Program-made: the position numbers and the translations under genes
IMG/VR virus record: IMGVR_UViG_3300036818_000070
Span: 1-64,000 of that record
Length of the DNA: 64,000 bases
Source: a virus
Direction: 5' to 3' (one strand)
Notes under the pieces: generated by a model
Told to the model about the DNA's origin: nothing
The model's database searches: none
Seen by the model: the letters and a program-made list of their open reading frames with translations, nothing else
In this document: piece by piece, positions 17,705-27,156 of the stretch
How positions within the stretch are numbered: the stretch's first letter is position 1
How the letters are laid out: every line of letters starts with the position of its first letter

Positions 17705-18873
17705 TGAGCCAGCTCCAGTGCTCGTGTGATTCCGTCTTCGGTGAGTTGGCGACCGCCGTGCGTGACACACACGAGGCCCTCGCCGATAAGGTAGGGCTCG
17801 ACAAACAGCGAGACAGCCTTGGTGTCGCGCGAGTGGCCGAGCGCGGTGGCGATCGTGTTGACCGACGCCTGGTAGACGACCTCGCCGCGGCCCTTGGTTC
17901 GGCGCGAGCCGAGGAGCGTCGTAAGCATGCGCTGCATGTCGATCGTCAAGCCGTCCCACGTGCAGCCGTTCAGGTCGAAGACGACCTCGTCGGCCACGTG
18001 AGCGTCGAGTATCGCGCCGGGCGCCATGATGTCCTGCGCATTGCGCACGAACGTGTTGAGCTGGCGCGGGATGCGACGCGATGCACGGCCGAGCCGGATG
18101 GCGGCGACGTCGGTGATCGTTAGGCCGAGCGCGTGAGCGTTGGCTATGGCCATGTCGCGCATGTCCTCCCACGTGTAGGGGTCGAGCACTAGCCGCAGCG
18201 GGAAGCGGTTCAGGAACGCCTCGGGCAGCAGGCCCTCGTCGGTGGTGGCGCCGACGAACGTGACAGCAGGGAAGGGCAACATGTGACCCTCAACCGGTAG
18301 TCGGCGGTCCTCCATGATGTGGTAGAAGTCCTCCGGATCGGCAGCTTGCGAGACGCCGCGTCGATCTCCACTGACTTGCTGGTGGATCTCGTCCACGATG
18401 ACGACGTCGCCGTCCTTGAGCTGGCGCTGCATCTGGCGCAGCACGGCGTGCGTGACTGGTGCCTTGACTTGGTACACCGTGCGGCCGAGTTCGTGTGCGG
18501 CGACCTGAGCGATCGTCGTCTTGCCGGTGCCAGACGCGCCAGTGACCATTGTGTGACTGAGTGGACGGCCGGACGCCTGAACGTTGGCGACAATGCGCGC
18601 CATCAACGTCTTCAGACGGTGCTGCCCGATCATCTGGTCGAACGTCGCCGGACGCAGCCGGTTGGCTGAGCGGTCATCGAACTCCAGCGGGCGCAGCTCG
18701 ACGTGCTCGTCGCCATTGCGCAGATTGGCAGCGGCGCGCTGGTAGGCGGCGTGATAGGCGATCTCGCCGTAGCCGGTTGGCAGCGGCACGGCCGGTTGGC
18801 AGCGGCGCGCTTCGCGGATCGCGTGAGCCGCTGCGTGGTGCCCTGCGTGCTCAGCTACTGACTCGTGGGACAT
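17701..18873 (-). CDS. ruvB: RuvB-like Holliday-junction branch-migration AAA+ ATPase
   Basis: LRPATFDQMIGQ, GASGTGKTT, VDEIH, VGATT..GLL, NRF, EPYLI...GR. Confidence 0.85.
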   Translation of the reverse strand: MSHESVAEHAGHHAAAHAIREARRCQPAVPLPTGYGEIAYHAAYQRAAANLRNGDEHVELRPLEFDDRSANRLRPATFDQMIGQHRLKTLMARIVANVQASGRPLSHTMVTGASGTGKTTIAQVAAHELGRTVYQVKAPVTHAVLRQMQRQLKDGDVVIVDEIHQQVSGDRRGVSQAADPEDFYHIMEDRRLPVEGHMLPFPAVTFVGATTDEGLLPEAFLNRFPLRLVLDPYTWEDMRDMAIANAHALGLTITDVAAIRLGRASRRIPRQLNTFVRNAQDIMAPGAILDAHVADEVVFDLNGCTWDGLTIDMQRMLTTLLGSRRTKGRGEVVYQASVNTIATALGHSRDTKAVSLFVEPYLIGEGLVCVTHGGRQLTEDGITRALELAQ

Positions 18874-18935
18874 GGCGCCTCACTCAGGAATGGATGGGGT
18901 AGAAGTGTAGCATCGTGCGACAGAAGATGGGACTG

Positions 18936-19919
18936 CTAAACGCCCAGCAGTTGGCGGAGTTGAGCGTTCAGCACGTCCAGGTGAGCGGTCACGTCGTCCT
19001 GCTCCTCGCGGAGCGCTTCGGCGTACTGCGCAGCGCGCCGCTTGAGCTGCTCAAGGCGGCGGAAGTGGTGCTGGCGAACGTTGTCACGAACGCCGCGCTT
19101 GCGGTCCTCGCGCAACAGGTCGCGAACCTCGCCGATCTCCTCCTCGATGTCGGCGAGACTGTTGGCCACGTGCTGGCGACGGATCATGTCACGCTCGGTC
19201 GCCCCGTCGGCCATCGGCACCGAGTACAGACCGGCGCTGGCGTGGTCGGGGTACATCTCCGACAGGAAGTCGGCGAGCGATGCGACCTGATCGGCGTAAC
19301 GGGCAAGCACGAAGTACACACCGCCAGCCTTGCCGCGCATGTTCTCGCCGCTCAGCCCGACCTTGCCCGCCTGCTCGTCGTCGTCGTTCTTGAGGTAGTC
19401 GCGGACGAGCGAGCGCACTTTAGCGCCAGTGATCGCCTTGACATTGGCCTCGAACCGCTCCTGGATCGACTCCATGATCGGCAGGACGTCCTTGCGCGGG
19501 ATCTCGCCGAGGGCGTCGAAGTCGGTGTCACGACGCTCGGGGTGGTACTTGACTCGCAGCGCCTTGGGGTAGCTGACGAGCTGCTCGTCGGCGTCCTTGA
19601 CGACGCGGCTGAGCTGGTAGACGATGTAGCCGTCGTTGGTGGGGATGTCGCGGACGTCCGTTTCCATCACCGTGCCGTCGGGTAGCGCGATGCGGCCCTC
19701 CTCGCCACGCACGGCGCGACGGAAAGCGTTGACCTCGCCCGGCGCCTTCGGCAGCGGCTTGGGGTCGAGCCCCGAGAGCTGCCAGACTCGGCGCAGCTTG
19801 CGCACCGAGACGTCCACGTCTGGCACCGAGTACCAAACGATGTAGCCGAGCGGCGTTACGCCACTGTCGGCGCTGATCGCGACCATCTGGCGCGGATCAG
19901 TCAGTGTGGTGGGAGTCAT
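18936..19919 (-). CDS. DUF6744-like protein
   Basis: LGYIVWYSV N-terminus, GGVYFV, helical C-terminus. Confidence 0.55.
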   Translation of the reverse strand: MTPTTLTDPRQMVAISADSGVTPLGYIVWYSVPDVDVSVRKLRRVWQLSGLDPKPLPKAPGEVNAFRRAVRGEEGRIALPDGTVMETDVRDIPTNDGYIVYQLSRVVKDADEQLVSYPKALRVKYHPERRDTDFDALGEIPRKDVLPIMESIQERFEANVKAITGAKVRSLVRDYLKNDDDEQAGKVGLSGENMRGKAGGVYFVLARYADQVASLADFLSEMYPDHASAGLYSVPMADGATERDMIRRQHVANSLADIEEEIGEVRDLLREDRKRGVRDNVRQHHFRRLEQLKRRAAQYAEALREEQDDVTAHLDVLNAQLRQLLGV

Positions 19920-19984
19920 CAGCGGTTAGCTCCTGTTACGGATGAATGGAAGTTGCAGCGTAACAGCCGCTGCGGTCGATCTGG

Positions 19985-21676
19985 TCAGGTGATGTGGGTG
20001 GCCAGCTCGGCGGTTGCCTGGCTGGGGTCCTGTAGCTCGAAGTCGTGCACTGGCACGACCGCCGAGCAGTAGTCGGCTAGGTACTTGAAGGGGCCGTTAC
20101 CGATCGCGATGCCGAACAGTCGCACGCCCATCTCTATGAGCTGGTCGCGCAGCCGCTTGTCCTCGGGACCGAAGCTGGCCTCGCCGTCGCCGATCATCAC
20201 AAGATCGGCCTTACGGAAGTCGGCAGCGTCCTCCATGATCTTCACGGCGCCAGCGACACCTTGGATTGGTGATGTGCCGCCGCCGAAGAAGTGCGACGCC
20301 ATGTCAACGATCTCCTGCGCGCCGAGCGCCTTCTTCGCGGGCATGACCCACGCCTCGACCTGTCGGGCGTCAGCGAACTCCACGCAAGCGAAGTCACGCT
20401 TCTCCAGCCGCGCGATGTGAAGAAGACACATGGCCACTGCGCGAGCCCAGATGTTGCGCTCGCCGTTCATTGAGTAGCTGCCGTCCACGACGACCACAAT
20501 CGGGCCGCGTCCGGCATGCTCCTCGCCGACGGTGGCGAAGCACAGCAGCTCCTGGCTGGCGTAGCGGACAAGAAAGTCGTCCTCGGTGTCCTCGTCGGCC
20601 AGCAGCGCCAGCTCAGCTGGCAGCACGCGCTGAAGGTTGTCGCCGAACTCAACGTCAACGATCTCGTCGTTGCCGCCGACGACTCGCTTGGACCGCTGGA
20701 AGCGGATGTCACGGTCAAGCCGACCGAAGCGCTCAGCCATCGCTCGGAGCTGCGGGTTGTTCGCCCACATCTCAGCGATCGTCAGCGCCTGCTCGGGCGA
20801 CTCGTACGTCGGCTCTCCGGCGCCGAAGCCAGCACCGAAGCTCGGGATGCCAGCGGCGCCGCTTGCGGCCTCGCCAGCCGCAGCAGCAGCAGCCTGGATC
20901 GCCTGCATCGCAGCCGCCGACATCGGCGTCTGGCTTGCGGCAGCGCCGAGCGCCGCCTGCTGTGCTGCGCGTCGCTCCTGCACCGCTGCGCCGATCTGCT
21001 GCTTGAGCACGTCGGGGACAGGCAGTCCCTGCTGGTGCAGGTCTTTGGCTTGCTGGCGCATGAAGTCGAGCTGGTCGCTTGCGTCCTGCGCCTGCTGCGC
21101 GTGCTGCTGATACTCCTCGGCCTCGCGCATCTGCTGCTCAAGCTCGTCGCCGAGCACTTGCTTCAGTGCGTTGACGGCGGCCATTGTCGCGATAGCTGCC
21201 GTGGTCGGATTGTCGCGCGTGATGTTGCGCGCCTGCGCGTGATCGTCGGTGGTCATCAGCTTCGGCATGACACGCTTGTGCAGTTCGACGCCCGGATCAA
21301 CGGGCTCGACCAGCTCGGGCATGTCATGCGTGTGATAGCTGTAGAACACGTCGCGCGTCAGCTTGTCCCAGACGCTATAGGTGGGCGCGTTCTCTCGTGC
21401 CTCGCGAGCGGCCTTCATCGCCTGCTGATAGGCGACGAACTCGTCGGGCGACGCTGTGGTCATGTCGATCGGGTCAGGGTCCGGGACATCTGGCGTGACC
21501 ACTGGAGCGTCCTCGATCGCGATGCGACGAAACCTGGGGGAGTCGTCGGTGTAGTTGTCGAACTCCATCGAGTCGATCGAATCGTGGGTCACCACGCTAT
21601 CGGGCAACTTCAGTCGCGACGTACCGATCTTGCGACCGCCGCGACCAAGAAAGTCGGTCAGTGAAATGATCGGCAC
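19985..21676 (-). CDS. VWA-domain protein (ViaA/CoxE-like)
   Basis: MIDAS DGSYSM, GGGT, IGDG. Confidence 0.85.
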   Translation of the reverse strand: MPIISLTDFLGRGGRKIGTSRLKLPDSVVTHDSIDSMEFDNYTDDSPRFRRIAIEDAPVVTPDVPDPDPIDMTTASPDEFVAYQQAMKAAREARENAPTYSVWDKLTRDVFYSYHTHDMPELVEPVDPGVELHKRVMPKLMTTDDHAQARNITRDNPTTAAIATMAAVNALKQVLGDELEQQMREAEEYQQHAQQAQDASDQLDFMRQQAKDLHQQGLPVPDVLKQQIGAAVQERRAAQQAALGAAASQTPMSAAAMQAIQAAAAAAGEAASGAAGIPSFGAGFGAGEPTYESPEQALTIAEMWANNPQLRAMAERFGRLDRDIRFQRSKRVVGGNDEIVDVEFGDNLQRVLPAELALLADEDTEDDFLVRYASQELLCFATVGEEHAGRGPIVVVVDGSYSMNGERNIWARAVAMCLLHIARLEKRDFACVEFADARQVEAWVMPAKKALGAQEIVDMASHFFGGGTSPIQGVAGAVKIMEDAADFRKADLVMIGDGEASFGPEDKRLRDQLIEMGVRLFGIAIGNGPFKYLADYCSAVVPVHDFELQDPSQATAELATHIT

Positions 21677-21679
21677 GGG

Positions 21680-21880
21680 TCAGTCCTCGCTATAGGGTTG
21701 TAGGGGTTGGCGGTCGATGTAATGGCGCCAGGCGTCCTGCGCGCCGCGATTGAATGGCGTGGCACTCATGCTGCGCAGGTGCTGTTCGAGCCCGTGCCTG
21801 GCGACGGCGAGCGACGGTTGCTCGTGCGCGAGCCACTCGCACTGCGCGTCGTAGCCACGCGCGTATTCGTCGCGTGCCAT
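21680..21880 (-). CDS. hypothetical protein
   Basis: Fills the gap between AAA and VWA genes. Confidence 0.55.
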   Translation of the reverse strand: MARDEYARGYDAQCEWLAHEQPSLAVARHGLEQHLRSMSATPFNRGAQDAWRHYIDRQPLQPYSED

Positions 21881-21885
21881 GCGTC

Positions 21886-23106
21886 TCAGTCCTCGTCGTC
21901 GTCCGCGCCGGAGAGCTGTTGCTGCGCCCACTCGTCAATGCGCTTGATCTCGGACGCGACCTCTTCGAGCATCGTGACGTCCTGGCCCTGGTCTTTGCCG
22001 GTGCGGATCTGCGAGTTGACCTCCTTGCCCAGCGTTCGTGCCTGGCGGATCAGCTTGAAGCCTTCGCCGAGCAGGTCGCCGGTCGCAGTGTCGTCGCCCT
22101 GGGCCACGACCAACTTCGGGCGCAGCTCCTCCATCTGGGCGAGAATCGGTTCGAGTGCCTCGCGCGCACGCTCAGCCTTGCGGGTGAACACGCTGGCGAA
22201 CTCCAGCACGACCTCGCGGGCGCTGTCGGCGTCGTCGGGGTGGTTCCAGGCCATGTGCTGGCACGGCAGGAAGTCATCGGCCACAACATCGTCGCGCCCG
22301 TGCATCCATGCGTGAGCCTTGACGACCTTCCACATCTGACCAATGCGGCGCTGTGATGGCGGATGACCGGCCTCGGTCCACTTCTGCTGCGCGTCCACCA
22401 TGATCTGGCGGCACGCGTCGTTGACCGTGACCTTGTGGATCTCGGTACGGATCGCCTTGATCTCGTCCAGCGTCAGCGGCTCAAGGTTCGATGTGTCCAG
22501 CCCGTTGAGCTGGAAGTCGAGCTGAAGATCGGTGACAGCACGCCGACCCTCTGGCGTGCGCACTTCGCGCACGAACTTGGTGATGCCGATACGGTCACGG
22601 AACGCCTGCAAGTCCTCGCGGTCCGGTAGTTCGTTGCTCGACATGAAGATCGTCAGGAGCTGCGAGCAGTCGAGCACCGTGCCGCCGGTCTTCAGCACAC
22701 GGTTCGCGAGCAGGTCGAGCAGCGGGTTGAGCATCGGCGGCGACGCCTTGAAGATCTCGTCCGCGTAGCCGAAGTTCGCCGACGGCAGGTAGCCATCGGT
22801 CAATCGCGCGATCTGACCAGCCTTCATCGCCATGATGTCGCGCGGACCGAGCACCTCGTCGGCACTCTGGTCCTTCGCGAAAAGGTGCGAGAACAGCTTC
22901 ATGTCGGTCAGGCAGTGATCGACCAGACCTTCGATCATCCACGTCTTGCCGGTGCCAGGAGGGCCGAGGAAGAGCGTGTCAACGCCCGAGACGAGCGCGA
23001 CCATTGCCAGGTCGATGTCCTCGTTGCGCTCGACGTTGTGAGCCTTGAGCCAGCCCGTGATTTCGTTGAATCGGGTGAGCATGGGGGATGCAGCGGTTGT
23101 GGCCAT
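21886..23106 (-). CDS. MoxR/RavA-like AAA+ ATPase
   Basis: GPPGTGKT, DEVLGP, GYLP, DEIFKA, SNELP, DR. Confidence 0.88.
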   Translation of the reverse strand: MATTAASPMLTRFNEITGWLKAHNVERNEDIDLAMVALVSGVDTLFLGPPGTGKTWMIEGLVDHCLTDMKLFSHLFAKDQSADEVLGPRDIMAMKAGQIARLTDGYLPSANFGYADEIFKASPPMLNPLLDLLANRVLKTGGTVLDCSQLLTIFMSSNELPDREDLQAFRDRIGITKFVREVRTPEGRRAVTDLQLDFQLNGLDTSNLEPLTLDEIKAIRTEIHKVTVNDACRQIMVDAQQKWTEAGHPPSQRRIGQMWKVVKAHAWMHGRDDVVADDFLPCQHMAWNHPDDADSAREVVLEFASVFTRKAERAREALEPILAQMEELRPKLVVAQGDDTATGDLLGEGFKLIRQARTLGKEVNSQIRTGKDQGQDVTMLEEVASEIKRIDEWAQQQLSGADDDED

Positions 23107-23148
23107 TGTCGCCAGACTCCAGTTCGTTTGTTGTAGTGTAGCGCTACG

Positions 23149-23859
23149 CTACAGCCGGATGGATGTTTCGTGTGACTGTGCGAGGGAGCCGACTGTCACA
23201 ACGTCGGCGCAGGCCCAGTGAAACGCCTCGGCCTGCTCGCGTTCGATCAGCGTGCGCTGCCAGTTAGCGGATGACAGCCCCTCGTGGCGCACGCCGCCGA
23301 TGTCCTCCGACCACACGTCGCCGATGAAGCCCCAGCACGAATCGAGCGTGCCTCCGTCCTCGTCTTTGACCACGTAGCCGTAGACCTCGCCGTTGTACCA
23401 GTGCGCGAACTCCTCGGCGTTCGCTTCGACATAGCTGCGAGCCATCGCCGGGTCGCCGGAGAATTGACCGAGCAGCTCGTCGGCCGTGAACATCCACGCC
23501 AGGTTCGCGCGCTCGGCATCGTCGGTCACGTCGAGCGACGCGGTACCCGAACCGTGGTTGTTCGACGCCCAGTCGAGCAGCACGACAAGTTCGACGTCGT
23601 GGTCGGCGCCGAGCGCCTGTTCGAGTGTGCGCGCCTGCCAGTCTTCGCGCTCGAAGTCATCGCTGACGTCTATCTCAAGCTCCGGCTCGGCGATCTCCTC
23701 GAAACCGTCCGGCACGTGGCCGTTATAGCTGTGATCGCCCCAGCCGACGCGCTTGCCGACCTCGTCGCGCTCGACTAGCGGGTTGTCCATGCCGCCCTCG
23801 TCGTAGTACAGCTCGACCGTGAGCCCTGCGTGCTCGAAGGTGTCGATGGGCTCCATCAC
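23149..23859 (-). CDS. acidic conserved phage protein
   Basis: W.NGEVYGY...DSCWGFIG. Confidence 0.7.
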   Translation of the reverse strand: MMEPIDTFEHAGLTVELYYDEGGMDNPLVERDEVGKRVGWGDHSYNGHVPDGFEEIAEPELEIDVSDDFEREDWQARTLEQALGADHDVELVVLLDWASNNHGSGTASLDVTDDAERANLAWMFTADELLGQFSGDPAMARSYVEANAEEFAHWYNGEVYGYVVKDEDGGTLDSCWGFIGDVWSEDIGGVRHEGLSSANWQRTLIEREQAEAFHWACADVVTVGSLAQSHETSIRL

Positions 23860-24191
23860 TCGTCCTCCGGATCATCGGCAAACTCCAGCACCGTGCGGAA
23901 GTTCGCGTAGTCATCGTCGCTGCCCTCGCGAAAATGCCGGAAGACTCCGTAGTGGTTGCCCGGTTCGTCAACAGCCGGGTCGCCGGTCAGGCCGAGATAG
24001 ACGAACACGTTGCTCAGCGGCTGGTCGTAATCGTCGTCCTCGCTGGACGGATTGAAGTACAGGTACGCGGGCGTCTCAACACTCGGGTGCGTGCAGATGT
24101 AGCCCGCGCGGCCACGTTGGTCGATGTATGGGGTATAGGTGGTCCCGTGCTCGTCGGTAGTGGCGCGAGACGGAAAGCGCGTGATCTTCAT
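23856..24191 (-). CDS. hypothetical protein
   Basis: GGAGTCTGGC start motif. Confidence 0.65.
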   Translation of the reverse strand: MKITRFPSRATTDEHGTTYTPYIDQRGRAGYICTHPSVETPAYLYFNPSSEDDDYDQPLSNVFVYLGLTGDPAVDEPGNHYGVFRHFREGSDDDYANFRTVLEFADDPEDE

Positions 24192-24215
24192 TAGTGCCAG
24201 ACTCCAGTTCGCTTG

Positions 24216-24380
24216 TTAGATCGGTTCGACGTCGCGGAAGACGGTCCAGTTGGTCAGCCAATCGCGGCCGGTCATTACCCACACGGCGCGCACATCGTCA
24301 ACGCGTTCGATGTCCTCGACCTCGGCCTCGTAGGTGAGTTCGACCACCGACACGACGCGCTCGGTGATGCGGACCTTCAC
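24216..24380 (-). CDS. hypothetical protein (54 aa)
   Basis: Translated by hand; GTGA overlap. Confidence 0.45.
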   Translation of the reverse strand: MKVRITERVVSVVELTYEAEVEDIERVDDVRAVWVMTGRDWLTNWTVFRDVEPI

Positions 24381-24616
24381 GACGTCACCAGTCCGTCGAT
24401 GTAGTCCTTGGCGCTCCTAACGGCTTGGTGCCAATGGGCAACCTCGTCCCGAGCAAGCGCGAGATCATGCGCGCCGGAGTTGGGTTCGTAGATCGACCAC
24501 TCCCACACCTTGACCAGCACGGACGATCGGGTCATCACGAGGCGGGTCTCGATCAGGTGGCCGCGATACTCGCCAGTCAGGTAAGTCGGCGAGCCGGTCG
24601 CGGACGGTTCGGCCAT
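24377..24616 (-). CDS. hypothetical protein
   Basis: In-operon ORF; start uncertain. Confidence 0.5.
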   Translation of the reverse strand: MAEPSATGSPTYLTGEYRGHLIETRLVMTRSSVLVKVWEWSIYEPNSGAHDLALARDEVAHWHQAVRSAKDYIDGLVTS

Positions 24617-24645
24617 GCGCCACTCGATGTCGTGGGCGAGCACCG

Positions 24646-25113
24646 CTACCACCCCGAGCGCGTGAGTTCGCGGCCGTCGCGGTGGATGAGTCGCCGACCG
24701 CCGTTGCTCGGGCTGCCGACGTAGTGCACGTCCGGTTCGCGGTCGGGTAGGTCGCACATCACGCGGAGTTGGTCGCGTTCGATCATGCGCAGCTCAATCG
24801 CGAAGTCGATCGGTCGTGACTCTCGCGCAACCCACTCGCCGCCGATGCGGCGCATGTGCCGATGAATGGCGCCGTTCGCTTGCGCGAGCGCCAGCGCGCC
24901 GCTGACGCCGCTCTGGTGCTGCGTGGTGGTCATCGAGAACTTGTGCAGCGTCTGACGGAACACCACGAGCCGCGAGCCGACGAGCTGTCGGTGGCAGATC
25001 GGCTCCTCGTAGCTGTAGAGCGCCAGACCGTGGGGCGCGTAGCGGATCGACAGGCTGTTCGCATGGCCGTGCTCGCCAGCGATAAATGCCTCGATCACGT
25101 CGTCGTTCGTCAT
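24646..25113 (-). CDS. hypothetical protein
   Basis: GGAGTCTGGC start motif. Confidence 0.65.
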   Translation of the reverse strand: MTNDDVIEAFIAGEHGHANSLSIRYAPHGLALYSYEEPICHRQLVGSRLVVFRQTLHKFSMTTTQHQSGVSGALALAQANGAIHRHMRRIGGEWVARESRPIDFAIELRMIERDQLRVMCDLPDREPDVHYVGSPSNGGRRLIHRDGRELTRSGW

Positions 25114-25129
25114 TGGGTCGCCAGACTCC

Positions 25130-25417
25130 TTAGTCGATGAGGGATTCGCCACAGTGCCCGCAATACGCGCCGTCTTCTTCGGCGTTACAGGCCAAGATGA
25201 CCTTCGGGAAGCCGCCCGAATCGAAGCTCTGTTCGTCGTCGCGGTCGATGCCGAATGCCTGCGCAATCTCGCCGAGATTCGCCTCGACGTTCATGCCGAT
25301 GGCAGTCGCCCAACCGTCGAAGCGCTGGCCAGGTCCCGTCGGCAGCGCCTCGATCACACAGAACGGGCAGTGGACGTCGGCTTGGTAGATGTAGCCAACG
25401 ATCGTGTCGCTTCGCAT
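25130..25417 (-). CDS. small Zn-binding acidic protein
   Basis: CPFC, CGHC; start motif. Confidence 0.65.
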   Translation of the reverse strand: MRSDTIVGYIYQADVHCPFCVIEALPTGPGQRFDGWATAIGMNVEANLGEIAQAFGIDRDDEQSFDSGGFPKVILACNAEEDGAYCGHCGESLID

Positions 25418-25450
25418 GGGTCGCCAGACTCCTGTTCGTAGGTGTGACAG

Positions 25451-25876
25451 TTACAGGCGGTAGTAGTAACTGTCGCCGTCGTACTCGATCAACGTGTAAT
25501 CGGTCGCCAGTTCGTTGGCTGCACGCTCCCAGTCGATACAGTGGAGTGGCCAGCCTGCCTGTGGGTCGATCGCGCCGATGTCCTCCGCCAGCTCGCGGGC
25601 GTAGTCTTGGAAGCCGCTTTCGGGGATCAGCGTCACCCCGTAGTTGTCCGCCGCCCACTCAAGGTCGTCGGGTCCCACATCGACGTTGGCGGTCAGTTCG
25701 CGGGCCAGCTCGACATACTTCTCAACCTGCTCGGCTTGCTCTGGCTGCGCCAGGAAGCGCTCCGTGGCATCGCTCAGTTCGCCCAAAGACATACCTTCGG
25801 TGTTGGGCACATTGCCCGACATCTCTTGGACGAGTTCGCGCCACTCGCTGGCGAGTTCGCGTAGGTCGAGCATCAC
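25451..25876 (-). CDS. acidic ArdA-like (antirestriction/DNA-mimic) protein
   Basis: DYARELAEDIG...IDWERAANEL..DY. Confidence 0.5.
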   Translation of the reverse strand: MMLDLRELASEWRELVQEMSGNVPNTEGMSLGELSDATERFLAQPEQAEQVEKYVELARELTANVDVGPDDLEWAADNYGVTLIPESGFQDYARELAEDIGAIDPQAGWPLHCIDWERAANELATDYTLIEYDGDSYYYRL

Positions 25877-26220
25877 AGTTCGCCTCCGTCGGCGACGGTC
25901 GCCCAGTGGTCGTACTCAGCGCGCGCGGAGATGAACACGTCGCGTGCCTCCTGTTCGGAGTCACACTCCTGCAAGGTAACGAAGCCCTGCGAATCGGTGC
26001 GGACAATCCAGCGTCCGAGGAGCGTGAAGAAGCCGGTAGGCGCTTCCGTCTCGCCTGCGGCGGCGTCGATCTCGCCATGCAGCTCCAGCTCGCAGATCGC
26101 CTCCGCGAGCGCCGGATCGCTACAGCGCTCAAACCGCCCCGGCATGCCGTCAGCGGCACGTTCGAGGCCATGCTGCTCGGCCATGCTAAGCACGGCGTCG
26201 CGCGTGAGTTCGCTGCTCAT
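25873..26220 (-). CDS. acidic hypothetical protein
   Basis: AAGGAGTCTGGCGACT-ATG. Confidence 0.65.
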   Translation of the reverse strand: MSSELTRDAVLSMAEQHGLERAADGMPGRFERCSDPALAEAICELELHGEIDAAAGETEAPTGFFTLLGRWIVRTDSQGFVTLQECDSEQEARDVFISARAEYDHWATVADGGEL

Positions 26221-26636
26221 AGTCGCCAGACTCCTTGTAAGTGTTCGCTGCATCATGTCACGGCTCGGCGCGGAATGCCACGCACTCCGCCCGTCTAAAA
26301 GTCGCCAACGAGCGGAGGCACGTGAACCGTGGTCCACGGGCCTCGCTCGCTACCTGCTGCTCTGTTCGTGGTCGGCGGTGAAGCGTTCACACAGAACCGG
26401 GCAACTCTCGACTGATCGCGCCCTAGTGCGGACGTCTAATTGCGAGACTGTGTGCGTTCGCTCCGGTGCCTATTTGGCCCGGTAGATAGCTCGCGGGCGC
26501 CAACGCAGTCTGTTCGCTGCGCTCGCGTCCGCGTGGCTACGCAAGTTCACTGCTGTTCGCTCTGTTCGTCGTGCGCGAGGCGCACACGAGCGAGCCCGGC
26601 CGCGCGAGCCCCCGTGGGCACTCGCGCGGCGCTTGG

Positions 26637-26924
26637 CTAGGCAGTGAGCGCGTCAAGCTCGGCGCGTGTGATGACGCCCGCCGCGATAGCAGCGCCGACG
26701 GCCGCGAGCGGTAGCGCGGTCTGCGTGCTGCCGTCTTGGACGAGCAGCACGGCCGTGCCGTTCTTCGCGTGCGCGCCGCGCGTGACGTACGCGGCATCGC
26801 TGACGGCCGGGACGAGCGCGCGCGTCGCGTCGCTCGCGGCCGTATACATCGGCGCGCGTCGCGCGCTTGTGCGGAAGTCCGCGAGAAGGTCGAGCGCGGG
26901 CGCGTCAACGGTTTTGGTTGCCAT
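26637..26924 (-). CDS. hypothetical protein
   Basis: SD AGGAG. Confidence 0.55.
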   Translation of the reverse strand: MATKTVDAPALDLLADFRTSARRAPMYTAASDATRALVPAVSDAAYVTRGAHAKNGTAVLLVQDGSTQTALPLAAVGAAIAAGVITRAELDALTA

Positions 26925-27156
26925 GCGTGTAGCTCCTAGTCTGCGCCACACGTGGCGCGTAGTTTCTGACTCTGCTTAGTCCATGCCGCACGCCTCCAAA
27001 TTTGTTACAGACAGTTTCCCGTCTGGCGGTAACACTTTGAGCGGTAAGCGGCATGGAATAGGTACAGGGCAACTACAGTTGCGCCGTACTCTGCTACAGT
27101 GGAACGCAGCGGCCACATACGAGCCGCAAGTAACCACTAGACAGGAGCGCGCCACT

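Noticed and set aside
20516-21664. 382-aa plus-strand ORF and similar long antisense ORFs (e.g. 18915-19685, 25255-26298, 55034-55900)
   Set aside because: Shadow ORFs opposite well-supported genes, expected at high GC.
26240-26570. Repeated TGTTCG hexamers as LexA sites
   Set aside because: Only half-sites with no matching CGAAC at the correct spacing; significance unclear.
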